A DNA stretch of 64,000 nt, from NCBI GenBank assembly GCA_964016885.1, contig OZ024743.1, positions 178,002,001 to 178,066,000 on the forward strand, given 5' to 3'. Below the pieces are notes generated by a model. That model searched no databases, had not been told where the DNA came from, and worked only from the letters and a program-made list of their open reading frames with translations. This DNA is from Eledone cirrhosa. Lineage: Eukaryota. Positions 1 through 12,498 of this stretch are shown piece after piece. The position numbers and the translations under genes are program-made. How positions within the stretch are numbered: position 1 is the first letter of the stretch; the number at the start of each line of letters is the position of its first letter.

Positions 1-59
1 AACACAAAAATAACGCTGGAGCCATTTTTTTAACATAAAAACAGGTAGAATTCCCAAAA

Positions 60-265
60 CTAATCAGATCAGAGCAAACAGCACGGACACTCTATCTCAA
101 AATTATTTTTGAAAAGCATTTAGAAATGCGCAACCGGTAAAAACTTAAAAACTTAAAACCACAACTGAATACTAACCCATACAATCACTAATACTCTTTT
201 ATTCCTAATTAAACCATTTTTCAACTGTGAACAATTTGTCAGCATTTTCTATTCCGTTTACCAAT
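60..265 (+). mobile_element. Short repeat family abutting (TA)n, with a hammerhead-like variant motif; second copy at about 41283-41470
   Basis: agagcaaaca..tctatctcaaaattatttttgaaa..tagaaatgcgcaaccggtaaaaactt..gaacaatttgtcagcattttct..ttaccaatat is shared with 41283-41470. Confidence 0.7.
106..142 (+). ncRNA. Hammerhead-like variant (U3-A8 core, GCAA instead of GAAA)
   Basis: ttt-TTGAAAA-GCATTT ag AAATGC-GCAA-CCGG-TA-aaa; same layout as 17050-17087 but with A13C. Confidence 0.35.
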
Positions 266-299
266 ATATAATAACTTGTGTGTTACACCTCTATTCTTT

Positions 300-359
<60 letters not shown>

Positions 360-885
360 CATGCATTTTTATATATATACATACTTATATTTATATACAC
401 TAGCAGAAAAACCACCCTTTGGTTGGTTTTCTACTAGCATGTGTAGTGTGCATATTGATATTATACGCCGGTATATATGCATGTAGATATGATACATCAA
501 ATAAAATCGTAATTTAAATATCCACAGAAATTGAACGAAGACTGTGTTACACTGCCTTATGTAATCAGTAACATAATCCATGATACATTAAAAAAAGATG
601 ATATTATATATAAAGTGCATTAGTAGAAAATTAGTGAATGTTTATTTAAGTGATCGCTAACCGGAAGTGTTGACATTTGAAAATTTAAAAGAAGTGAATC
701 TTTAAATAAACAATAAAATATATTTAAACAAGAATAATGAAATTTAGTAGATAAATTATGTAATATTCATTCATTATTTATTCAAAGTAATACAACTTAT
801 TTTACTAATGGGATAAAAAATTATAAACTGTACGCAGTCCCGCACTCCTCCCTTTATTATAGTTTCGATATACATATAAACATGC

Positions 886-917
<32 letters not shown>

Positions 918-1028
918 ACATGCATGTATATATATACATACATATAAACATGCATGTATATATATATACATATAAACACATATATACATATATATATATA
1001 TACATGTATATATATATATATACATACA

Positions 1029-1089
<61 letters not shown>

Positions 1090-1095
<6 letters not shown>

Positions 1096-1290
1096 TAAAA
1101 AAACGAAAAATCAGTGATGCATCTGGACTCAGTTTATTGCGTGTTACAATTGTAACACGCAATAAACTAAGTCCAGATGCATCACTGATTTTTCGTTTTT
1201 TTATACTATTCACACTCTACTCTACATGAATATTGAGTGCTAATTTTGGCATACCACCTATGGAAGCACCATAGCTACCATTATACACAA

Positions 1291-1291
<1 letters not shown>
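1090..1291 (+). mobile_element. Fold-back palindrome (1090-1209, axis 1150/1151) plus 3' tail, between (TA)n tracts
   Basis: Arms of about 60 bp with a single mismatch around ttacaat/tgtaa, followed by a tail carrying cactc...gagtg (1213-1239). Confidence 0.8.
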
Positions 1292-1372
<81 letters not shown>

Positions 1373-1537
1373 CTACAGATACGCATATGCGTATAGAGAG
1401 ATATTACATCAAACAAAATTAGTTACTTTGATTGATTTGGTTAAAAACAATAAGGCGAAGTATATAGTTATCTGTCTGTAGACTGAGGATTTTTTTTATT
1501 TCTCGAAACGTCTAATGATTGGGTGGTTAAACGTCTA

Positions 1538-1701
1538 GGTGGTGTTAGTGGTGTTGGTGGTAGTTGGGGTGGTGGTAGTAGTTGTAGTGGTGGTAGTAGT
1601 AGTGGTGGTAGTAATAATAGTGGTACTGGTGCTGGTAGTAGAAGCAGTGGTGGTGGTGATGCTGGTGATAGTAGTAACATCAGTGGTGGTGGTGCCGGTG
1701 A

Positions 1702-1765
<64 letters not shown>
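1538..1765. repeat. (GGT)/(AGT) trinucleotide microsatellite
   Basis: Visible repeat; explains the poly-S/T/V ORFs. Confidence 0.95.
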
Positions 1766-2092
1766 TTCTAGTGTTGTTTTTGTTGTTGCAACAGCATTAG
1801 TACTAGTACTGTGTTCCATTGGAGTAACAATGGTAACAATAGTTGCACTAGTAACCACTATGGTAGTAACAACAGCGTTCTTCTACTGTTATCTGAGTAC
1901 ACTAGTTAAAGATAACATTATTTGCTTTGTAGTGGTTCAACGTTGACACATACTGATCTACTGACAGAGTGCTAGCTGTTGGTACAACTTAACGCCGTTT
2001 GTCTTGATCATTTTAAACCTGGCTCAACTGATCTCTGTCCAACAAAATTACCATATCAAATCTCAGCATACAAGAGAAATTAAGCTATAAGA

Positions 2093-2123
<31 letters not shown>

Positions 2124-2589
2124 CTTCTTCTAGAAATGAAGGATGCATTAGATAACGTGGTGGTGGGTGAACTGTGCCGAGATAATGGGCTAGATGGTTA
2201 GGGTCAAGATGTTTTTTTAGCACAGTTCTGCTTTATCAGTGTTAACCTGGGTTTATGCAACAATTACAGAATTGTACCTATCCAAATGGCTAAATGTCAG
2301 AACAAGGGCACCCAGGACTCATGACCTGGATGAGGTTCGATCCCCTTAGAGTGTAAGAAGTTAAGGGCCTAAACACTTGTTTCAATAGTCAGGGGTTCTT
2401 CTCTGAAGATCTTCTGCTCTCCAGCTCTCCTGGGAGTTTCTTATCTTTAGTACCTGTCCTAGTTCAATTCTGTAATTAGCACTGTAAAATGTATGGTTAT
2501 TTTGTAAACTCTTAGTACTGATTTTAAAACCTCCAGCGACACTGAGGAAATTTCAAGAGAGTACGCTTCTAAAGTCTGTCTCAAGCCCA

Positions 2590-2860
2590 GAGGCTCATCA
2601 GGGCCAGTGCTTATCCCAGTTATGGTGGTATGAAGCGACTGAGAATACTAGACATTCCCCTGGATAGAACACCAGTCCATTGAAGAGTTAAAACCCCAAA
2701 TATCGTTACTAGTATTCATTTTCAGCTGAGTAAACTGAAGCAACGGGAAATTAAGTGCTTTGCTCAAAAACACAACACACAATTCAGACAAGGAATCGAA
2801 CCGACAACATTATGATCGTAAGTTTACCACATTAACCATTAGGCTTCACGCCTCCACTGC
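2590..2860 (-). mobile_element. tRNA-derived SINE, family B (related to 21630-21900 and 23860-23980)
   Basis: Reverse complement has an A-box/B-box-like head (cctaatggttaa..ggttcgattcc) followed by gtgttgtgtttttgagcaaagcactt. Confidence 0.6.
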
Positions 2861-3083
2861 ACGCTTCTTTAGAAGCTATTTATATATTTTTTTAAATAGG
2901 TCTTTTACTTGACCTACACAGTATCTTTTACAGAAATCTCCCATTCCACTGCTTAGGTTTACATGTAGAATATATGTTTACATATCTCTTCGTTATTCAG
3001 ATTTTCAGATTGAACCATAAAATTGATTTCTTTTGGTATTGGGCACAAAGCCATATATTGAATGAATCTATGTGTAATATGAG

Positions 3084-3235
3084 GTGGTGAATTGGCAGAG
3101 TCGTTAAAACGTCTGATAGAATGTTTTGCGGTATTTGTTTCGACTCTCTGGGTTCAAATCCGGCCGAAGTCAACTTTATCTTTCATATATTCAAGGTCGA
3201 TAAAAAAGAATACTATCTAGTGCTGGGGTCGATTC
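3084..3235 (+). mobile_element. tRNA-derived SINE, family A
   Basis: Head ggtggtgaattggcagagtcg..gggttcaaatcc, then gtcaacttt..tttcat..ggtcgataaa core. Confidence 0.7.
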
Positions 3236-4544
3236 TTCCGCTACATATGTTCCCCACTTCCATTCTCTCGCTCTATTTATCTTTCACTAGACGAGAGCTT
3301 CTCTAGTCCGTCTTGTAGAGGAGACGGGCTCCGTCAGACTTTAAAATGTGCCCTAGAAATGTCTTATGTTAATACGGCACCCCAATGACACTTTCAGGGG
3401 TTAGAGGATAAAGAGAAATGTATGACTGATAAAATACATTACTGTGATTTATTTCATTGATAGATAAAACACAAAATCGACGTTGAGTTTTATATTTAAC
3501 ACGATATGACCTCGGCTATATTCAATGATGTTTAGTAGAAACATTGATGACTTAAGAATAAATGAGTGCTACTATTCCATTAATAGATTCAACGACGTAG
3601 TTAAAGAAATATAACTATATTTTGAACACTAGTTTTCAGTTAATTGGTATTACACAAACAAAATATAGTGGTTTTTTACTTTAAAGATAAAAGAAAAAAA
3701 TACGTATGGTGGATATTTTAATAAAAATACCCAATATTTTCTTCCAGCTTCACAATCTTGTTGGCAGCCTATTTTCTTTCTTTTTGTTTTGCTGCAGGTG
3801 ATGCAGCTGATATGTTGATGAACTACGTGCTAATGGAGTGGAGATACTAATTTTTGCTTGAGGCAGCAAACCAGTATTCTAGGTATTGGCATAGGCGATA
3901 AGCAGATCAGAATAAACACCTGATTAGATGCGGTGGAAGCAAATTACAAAGATCAGCAAAAGCAAAAATAAGACATCCATAAAATTGCAACACATAACTT
4001 AGAAAAAATACACGAGGCGGCATGCAATTGAAAAAAAATTACCTATGATATAGAGGTATGTAACGGACCTCCGTCTATTTCGACCATGAGACTTCTATTT
4101 GTTTGATCAAAAGGACAGCTTGTTTGTGAATTTAACGTGTAAGGGGTTAGGCATTCTACTGACACGTGTTCGCTAATTCTCGCTAATTATCAGTGAGATT
4201 CAGTGTGACACGGTTGTAACAAGGTTGGTCATTTGAATTGGAAATATAGTCCATCCTACGATCTTCCATTAAGTTTTCGTCAATCCAATTCCACTCACAA
4301 AACGATACTTTCCCAAGATGTCACGCAAAAGGATGGAACCCGAAACCAAATGATTTCTAAGCAATCTTCTTAACCATTCCACCATGCTACAATCTCTAAG
4401 AATGATTAAAAAATAAAAATATAAAGAAAAATAGATAACCATATGGGAGCTCGCAATGTTACATACAGTTCAATAAATAACTGACAATAACAGTGCAATA
4501 AATATGTTCAGAGTCCCATATTATTCACAATCATTATATGGTGT

Positions 4545-5130
4545 TTATTGCCTTTCATCCTTAAAGGGTCAATAAAATAAAGTACCATTAACATACTGGG
4601 GTCGATTTAATCGACTTCCCCTTCCCCCAAATTACTAGCCTTGTGCCTATATAAGAAATCATTATATGGTGTATAGAAAAGGTAATTCCCACCTAATAAA
4701 ATAACACAACTTATATTGCCCAGAATTTCCTCAACACAGAAAACTAATATTAAAGCAGCACCAGAAACATCCCGTAAGGATGAAAGGCAAAGCTAATCTC
4801 GGTGGGATTTGAACTGAGAGTGTAAAAGACTCTATGCCTCAAAATATCTTGTCCGACGCTCTACCGATTCTGCCAATGCACCACCCTTCACAGAATCATT
4901 ATAATGGTTTCTTATATAGGCAGAAGGCCAGCAATTTTGGGGGGAGGGGAAAGTCGATTAAATCGACTCCAGTACGTTACTGGTGCTTTATTTTATCGAC
5001 CCCTTAAGGATGAAAGGCAAAACTAACCTCGGCGGGATTTGAACTCGGATCATAAAGGGGCATAACTCTACGCTGCAAATCATGGTGTCCGACACATTAC
5101 CGATACTGCCAATCCACCACCCTTCTCAGA
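4545..5130. mobile_element. Cluster of SINE family A copies (partial + at 4545-4660; - at about 4770-4890 and 4900-5130)
   Basis: Core gcctttcatcctt..ggggtcgataaaataaagtaccag on both strands, with B-box gagttcaaatccc on minus. Confidence 0.8.
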
Positions 5131-5364
5131 ATCATTATAATAAAAACAATTTTACTACGGGAAGTAAAATCGTAAGAAATACTTTTCTATGAAAAGTATT
5201 TCTTGAGAAAGATAATGTGATTTCAAATGTTTAAATATCGATTCAAAAATGTACTGAATATTTATATGTATTGTATATCTTTTTACTTATTCAATTATTT
5301 CTATATCGGTTTCCTTTTCTCTTTATTTCATTGATTTTATTGTTGTTGTTCTGATAGTTCTTAT

Positions 5365-5700
5365 ATTAGAATTATATTTCTGTTGTTATTTTAATATTAG
5401 AATTATATTTGTTGTTGCTATTTTGATATTAGAATTATATTTGTTGTTGCTATTTTGATATTAGAATTATATTTGTTGTTGCTATTTTGATATTAGAATT
5501 ATATTTGTTGTTGCTATTTTGATATTAGAATTATATTTGTTGTTGCTATTAGAATTATATTTGTTGTTGCTATTTTAATATTAGAATTATATTTGTTGTT
5601 GCTATTTTAATATTAGAATTATATTTGTTGCTGCTATTTTAATATAAGAATTAGATTTTGTTGTTGCTATTTTTATATGAGAATTAGATTTTGTTGTTTT
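5365..5700. repeat. About 32-bp AT-rich minisatellite, about 10 copies
   Basis: Unit tattagaattatatttgttgttgctattttRa is repeated. Confidence 0.9.
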
Positions 5701-6380
5701 TTTCTTGCTGATTTTTTGTATCTTCGGGTCAATAAGAAAGACGTCTTAAGATTTAAGTCTCTCGCTACAAATCTAATGCAAGGCAATGGTTTTATCTTGC
5801 CTCACTTAACTTTCAGACATTCACTTCGATAAAAATAGAAATTATTTTACCTTTTGACTGTTTGGTAGATGGTTGATAATGGCGATGATGATGGTGATGA
5901 GGAGGAGGAGGAGAAGGGAGGGGGAGGATTGTGATGGAGTAAATTGTGATAGTGGTGTGTTATAATGTGGTGTTTGAGAGATGAGGACCAGTGATGTGAT
6001 GTGGTGGTGGTGGTGGTGGTGGAGGAGGAGTAGGAGGGGGAGGAGGAGTTATGTGTTATAATGTGTTATCTGTGAGATGAGGACCAGTGGTGTGATGTGG
6101 AATGAGTGTCATGATTACAGTGTTATAGTGTTAACAGGAGTATAATGTGATAATGATATGATAAGGAGGAACATGACGAGAATAACGTTGTGGTTAATCC
6201 CACTTTTCAGTTCTGATCCAATAAAACTATCAGCCAATACACTCACATAAATATTTACACACACATATAAATACACACACACGCACATATGATGATTATG
6301 TTCCTACTGTATCAAGCGTGAGACTTATATATATATCTTCATTGTAGTTTATAGTTTGTTATGTTTTGTCGATTACTTTT

Positions 6381-6419
<39 letters not shown>

Positions 6420-6427
<8 letters not shown>

Positions 6428-6610
6428 GTTTCTACTTTAGGCACAAGGCCAGCAATTACCCAGTGTATTACTGGTACTTTATTTTATCGACCCCGTAAGG
6501 ATGAGAGGCAAAGTCAACCTCGGCGGGATTTGAACTCAGATCGTAAAGGGACGTAACTATGCTGGAAAGCATGGCGTCCGACCCTCTACCGATACTGCTA
6601 ATCCACCCTA
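6420..6610 (-). mobile_element. SINE family A
   Basis: ctggtactttattttatcgaccccgtaaggatgagaggcaaagtcaacctcggcgggatttgaactc. Confidence 0.85.
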
Positions 6611-6617
6611 GAAATTA

Positions 6618-7674
6618 TACATGAATAATCACAGGAGATAATTTTAGCCCTCGTGTAACCACGCATAGCTAGTATAGGTAATATTTACCTTAAAGTATGA
6701 TTAACCTTCCTTGTATATATCGCATTAAAGAAATATATTTCACCAATTAATCAGATGGTAAGTCATGGAAAGTGGACATTATTGGATCGTCAACAAGGAA
6801 AGTGTAACAATGTCCAGCTATCCGTCCTTACAGGACGAGCCAAAATTTTCAACTAGCCGTCACCACGTGTTGCGTCTACACAAGATAACGGTTTCGTTTC
6901 AGTGGCGTGAATAGGTATTTGACAACTAGAAATAGCAGCCAAATTTTCTTCAACAGAATTAGCTCTACAGTTAAGGAGCAATTATCTCCTGTGATTATTC
7001 ATGTATATTTATATGTTAATCAATTTCTAGTTATTATTGTATGCTCAGACTTATCTTAGAGCTTAATTTCCAGGATTTATGGCGCATGTTTATGACATGA
7101 CACCCACAATTTCGTTTTAGATTAAATTCATTTAATTTATCTTAATTTTGGATATAGATATATATACTGCTCCTTAACTGTAGAGCTAATTCTGTTGAAG
7201 AAAATTTGGCTGCTATTTCTAGTTGTCAAATACCTATTCACGCCACTGAAACGAAACCGCTATCTTGTGTAGACGCAACACGTGGTGACGGCTAGTTGAA
7301 AATGTTGGCTCGTCCTGTAATGACGCATAGCTGGACATTGTTACACTTTCCTTGTTGACGATCCAATAATGTCCACTTTCCGTGACTTACCATCTGATTA
7401 ACTGGTGAAATATATTTCTTTAATGGGATATATACAAGGAAGGTTAATCATACTTTAAGGTAAATATTACCTATACTAGCTAGGCGTGGTTACACGCGGG
7501 CTAAAATTATCTCCTGTGATTATTCATGTATATTTATATGTTAATCAATTTCTAGTTATTATTGTATGCTCAGACTTATCTTAGAGCTTAATTTTCAGGA
7601 TTTATGGCGCATGTTTATGACATGACACCCACAATTTCGTTTTAGATTAAATTCATTTAATTTATCTTAATTTT

Positions 7675-7681
<7 letters not shown>
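6618..7681 (+). mobile_element. Non-autonomous PLE-type element with inverted arm (6618-6980 vs 7168-7531), duplicated tail (6981-7156 = 7506-7681) and degenerate long-stem-II hammerhead
   Basis: Inverted repeat of about 360 bp with few mismatches; ends at (TA)n; ccttg-TTGACGA...GGGA-TATA-TA-caagg at about 7350-7439 is homologous to the intact motif at 54831-54914. Confidence 0.75.
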
Positions 7682-7739
<58 letters not shown>

Positions 7740-7887
7740 TTGGTGCTCTAAAATAGCGATATATATATGAATGTATATATAGTGTATTTTGCAATACACT
7801 GTATGCTTAATTAAAAGCATTTCGAAGACCTTATGCTATTGTTTTAGAGTACTGATAGTCTCACTTACTTTAATTTTCAGCAAACAG

Positions 7888-7922
<35 letters not shown>

Positions 7923-8049
7923 CGTTTCTGAATTTGTTTAGCAAGATTCTATATCTGAAAACGTGTGTTGAAACCGAAATTGTTATGCTTAGTGAGGGTC
8001 ATGTTGCCAATAAGAAACACACGCACCAGTTGCTTTCGCTTCAATTTAT

Positions 8050-9201
8050 TATAGAGAACAGTCAGGAATTAGAGAAAGACACAATGGAAAGCATCCAGCA
8101 AATAGCTGACTCCATCCACCAGAGTATTAGAGTTACTATAGACTACCCAAGCAAACACCCCAACCATCGATTACCTGTACTAGACACAGAGCTCTGGTTA
8201 GATACTATTAATAACAAAAAACAAATCCTCCATTGCCATTATGCCAAACCCATGACTTCCAAATATCTGATCCACCGAAACTCAGGTATTTTGGACCATA
8301 CCAAAATCAACATACTGATTGCGGATTTGGTACGGGTGATAAGAAACGTGTCCCGCATGTGCAACCCCAAAGAACTAGATAGACGCATACAACACTTCAT
8401 TCACCGTATGCAGTTCTCTGGTTACAATCAGAGATAAAATCAGAGTATATAGAGGAGCCAGAACCAAATAGGAAAAAATGGCAAATAATGATACAAATGG
8501 GATCTGCCACTTGTATAGGAGCACATTTTGGAATAGAATAGAAACAAGTAGGAATAAGGTTAATAGAATAAACTCATGGTATGATAGCAATAAATACCAG
8601 AGTGTAATGTCCATCAATACATCCCCTAGAGGTGAATTAGCTTACAAATTTAGAAGGGCCCTAGATAAACATAAACTCAATATTAAGATAGTAGAAAGGC
8701 CAGGTAGCACCATAGAAAACACTTATTAGCAAGACATACCCTTTTCAAAGACCTCCCTGTATAGATAAGAAATGTATAATCTGTAAACTAAGCCTCCATA
8801 TTAACTGTAAAACTAGAAATATAGTATATAGCATAAGATGTACTGAAGGACAATGTAGAGATAAGAATATAGTGTACATAGGTGAGACAGCACGTAGTAT
8901 AGGAGAACGTATAAATGAACACTGGCGAGAGCTTCAAGATAGTAAAGAATCATCTGTACTCCACCAACATGCTAAAATAGAACATAAGGGTAAATTAGAG
9001 AACATAGAAATAAAAACAGAATCTACACACAGAAAAGACGCAATGTTTAGACAAATCACAGAGGCAATAAACATAAATAAACTCCAACCAAAATTAAATA
9101 GAAAACATGAATGGAATAGCAACATCACAACTTACAATTATGGACAAAATGAAAACACACACATACATAGAACAAACAACCAACCAGTAACATGTAAATA
9201 A
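8050..9201 (+). pseudogene. 5'-truncated Penelope-like element ORF: RT thumb region, Cys-rich linker and GIY-YIG endonuclease (Neptune/Nematis-like)
   Basis: LPVLDTELW..HYAKP..; PC..C..C...C linker; IVYSIRC..C...YIGETARS..ERINEH..H..H..RQITEA.NI..PKLN. Interrupted by stops and a frameshift. Confidence 0.85.
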
Positions 9202-9339
9202 ACAAATAAATAAACAAATATAAACACACACAGACACCCGGATGTAACACATGCGCAAGCTAAGCATACAACACACACAAAAACAAGATGGCGTAGGACA
9301 GAACAAAGGAGAGGCACAAAAACAAAGAAAAGATCCCGA

Positions 9340-9382
9340 GTCACTGAAGAGGTCACAGAATGTGTGACGAAAGAACTTTGAC
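9340..9382 (+). ncRNA. Minimal type I hammerhead ribozyme in the PLE 3' region
   Basis: GTCA-CTGAAGA-G-GTCACA gaatg TGTGAC-GAAA-GAAC-TT-TGAC; stems I and II are complementary; predicted CUU site. Confidence 0.75.
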
Positions 9383-9516
9383 AATATATGAACAATCGTC
9401 TGGTCGTGTAACCAACCAACCAACCGGAAATTTATAAATTTTATTTATAATAAATTGAAGTGAAAGCTACTGGTGCGTGTGTTTCTTATTGGCAACATGA
9501 CCCTCCCAAAGCATAA

Positions 9517-9570
<54 letters not shown>

Positions 9571-9701
9571 GTGAGGTTGGTTTTTACAAAATGAAAAATA
9601 ACTGAGGTGTCCTACACGAGTGAAAGTATAAAGAAAAAAAGATGAAATCGAAAATGCAACTGGAGTTTTATTTTTTTTTAAATATATATATTTATTTGGT
9701 T

Positions 9702-9739
9702 CCTTTACCGGTTTCGCAGTTCTTCTGCTTCTCAAAAGT
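9702..9739 (-). ncRNA. Hammerhead, U3-A8 core variant (in a repeat at 9563-9770)
   Basis: Minus strand: ctt-TTGAGAA-GCAG aagaa CTGC-GAAA-CCGG-TA-aagg. Confidence 0.65.
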
Positions 9740-9946
9740 CGAGTTGAGATGGAGGGTCTGTGGTTTTTATATATATATATAGGAAAAAGTTTAACCCTGA
9801 CGGCAGAGCTCAAGCTGTTTCGACGGCTATTTCTGGACATTTTTCCTATTACCCACCCTACTACCCTAAGGATCGAGTACTTTGGTGCGTTATGGTCCAT
9901 CTGGTACCTTACCAAAACTCCTTCGTTATATATATATGTATAATAT

Positions 9947-10006
<60 letters not shown>

Positions 10007-10009
<3 letters not shown>

Positions 10010-10889
10010 TAAAGTTAATAAGTCTAAGGGTACTAGGTACCCCCAGAAATACATAGATTGTCTATGATTCAAGGTGGTTCGATGGTATTAATTTGATATC
10101 TATCTACCTAAGGCGGGTAAAATTCCCGAGATCCATGGACGAGTTCTCTCCAGCGGTCTCTGTCCCTCATTATCGCTGCCATGTCCTGCATCGATGGTAT
10201 TAATTTGATATACCAGAACTTAATATCAAGATAAGCAGAACAAGTAAAATTCAACCAATTTTTCAAAATATTATATTTTTTAATTTTAATTAATTTTGAT
10301 TTTAAATTAATTTTGATTTATTTTGAAAAATTGGTTGAATTTTACTTGTTCTGCTTATCTTGATATTAAGTTCTAGTATATCAAATTAATACCATCGAAC
10401 CACCTTGAATCATAGACAACCTATGTATTTCTGGGGGTACCTAGTACCCTTAGACATATTAACTTTATTCATTATTTTCCGTTATGTAGAGAACAAATCT
10501 GTTGTTCTATTTAGCTGCTATTTTTTTAGTAGCAACTATAGACAACAAGTCTATGGTTTCCTGCCTTCACTTCAGTCCGGCGTACATACGGGTCACTTTT
10601 ACGACCTTTCAGGCCTGTGTTAGCTGGTGAAGGGGTCATATATTTTATCGTTCCTGGGTTTTTAACCCTAGGAAAGGAAAATGCTTCTCTGATGATCTTT
10701 GTTTTTCCATTAATATCCATAGGATATCTCATGTTTTGCAAAATGAAACTGTACAGTAAGGGCCATCTGAATGGGTAAATATTTATATTTATATTTATAT
10801 TATATTTTTTAATTTTAATTAATTTTGATTTTAAATTAATTTTGATTTATTTTGAAAAATTGGTTGAATTTTACTTGTTCTGCCTATCT

Positions 10890-10892
<3 letters not shown>
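10007..10892 (+). mobile_element. Fold-back and partial tandem non-coding element between (TA)n tracts
   Basis: 10007-10270 is inverted to 10320-10472; 10270-10365 is directly repeated at 10797-10892. Confidence 0.75.
10683..10764 (+). ncRNA. Hammerhead with long stem II
   Basis: ttct-CTGATGA-T CTTTG..about 40 nt..CAAAA T-GAAA-CTGTACAG-TA-aggg; palindromic stem III ACTGTACAGT; GUA site. Confidence 0.65.
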
Positions 10893-10949
<57 letters not shown>

Positions 10950-11931
10950 TATATTATATTTTGAGAATAAATTCTCAGTCGTTTACAATAATTCATCTCC
11001 AAGAAAAGAGGCATTTCCGAGCAGTTAAATACATTAAAATATATGATAAACACAAAACGTGTTTGCATTGCAACAGACAAAGTTAGCTATTAATGAAATA
11101 AACTAATTAAAGTGAATACAATTTGTCTGTCTCGATATAAGTCAATAAAGACAAGCTTATATTGGTTAAGGCCATGGTTCCAGGACAAATTTAAATTTCA
11201 AAATCCAAACCTTCTCCGTAGATGAATTTGAACCTCGAAACCTAAATATGTTTTGCAACGGTGGTACGTGAATTGAAAAATAAAGAGAATCGAAATGGAA
11301 TTGAAATAAAAAGTGAAATATCCAAATCTTCTGTGCTTATCAACAGGAACCCAGTAAAATTAGTATATTCCACATAAAAAATTTAGCAGGTCTGAATACA
11401 CGTGTGCAGCCAGGCCAAATTAGCCGTCCCGCATTCCCGGTGCTAGAAATAACACCCGTTTATGCGGGATTAAAGATCAGCTCTACAGTTAAGGAGCAAT
11501 ATACTATACGGCTGTTATTTCTAGCACTGGGAATGCAGGACGGCTAATTTGGCCTGGCTGCACACGTGTAGTCAGACCTGCTAAATGTTTGATGTGGAAT
11601 ATACTAATTTTACTGGGTTCCTGTTGATAAGCACAGAAGATTTGGATTTTCACTTTTTATTTCAATTCCATTTCGATTCTCTTTATTTTTCAATTTACGT
11701 ACCACCGTTGCGAAACATATTTAGGTTTCGAGGTTCAAATTCATCTACGGAGAAGGTTTGGATTTTGAAATTTAAATTTGTCCAGGAACCATGGCCTTTG
11801 CCAATATAAGCTTGTCTTTATTGACTTATATCGAGACAGACAAATTGTATTCACTTTAATTAGTTTATTTCATTAATAGCTAACTTTGTCTGTTGCAATG
11901 CAAACACGTTTTGTGTTTATCATATATTTTA

Positions 11932-11936
<5 letters not shown>
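10950..11936. mobile_element. Fold-back element (arms 11029-11454 and 11513-11936) between (TA)n; related pieces at 17198-17550 and 17735-18115
   Basis: Near-perfect inverted repeat of about 425 bp; terminal motif agctctacagttaaggagca is shared with 6961-6980. Confidence 0.8.
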
Positions 11937-12023
<87 letters not shown>

Positions 12024-12034
12024 ATATGTATATA

Positions 12035-12280
12035 TAAGCTAAGAGCTATTTAATTTGTTGGTTATGCAACAAATTTAACTATAACAGATTCGAAGCACTC
12101 TACAGCATTCTTCTGGAGTATAATATCAATGATATTAATAAATGGAAACTATCTTTATAAAACCATATTTATTTTACTATATATATTTCAAGCGTACCAA
12201 AATTGTGGTACCTTTGAAATATATATAATAAAATAAATATGGTTTTATAAAGATAATTTCCATTTATTAATATCATTGAT
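12035..12280. mobile_element. Short fold-back of the PLE 3' end with its axis in hammerhead stem II
   Basis: tttc-aagcgtacca aaattg tggtaccttt-GAAA-tatatata-ataaaata; homologous to 59691-59796 but CTGATGA is replaced by the inverted arm. Confidence 0.75.
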
Positions 12281-12311
12281 ATATGTATATATGTATATAT
12301 ATATATATATA

Positions 12312-12387
<76 letters not shown>

Positions 12388-12432
12388 TATACGATATTAA
12401 ACAAATGGAAACTATATTTATAAAACCATATT

Positions 12433-12498
12433 TATTTCGTTATATATATTTCTGGGATACCATATTAAAAATATGGTATGCCTTCCTCAGACAAAATA
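12433..12498 (-). ncRNA. Hammerhead, left-arm copy
   Basis: Reverse complement of the motif at 16354-16419. Confidence 0.6.

Noticed and set aside
1479-1515. CTGAGGA..GAAACGTC hammerhead-like motif
   Set aside because: Stem II is a T run and stem I does not pair.
3285-3340. Minus-strand CTGACGG plus strong hairpin
   Set aside because: Core mismatched and no GAAA at the base of the stem.
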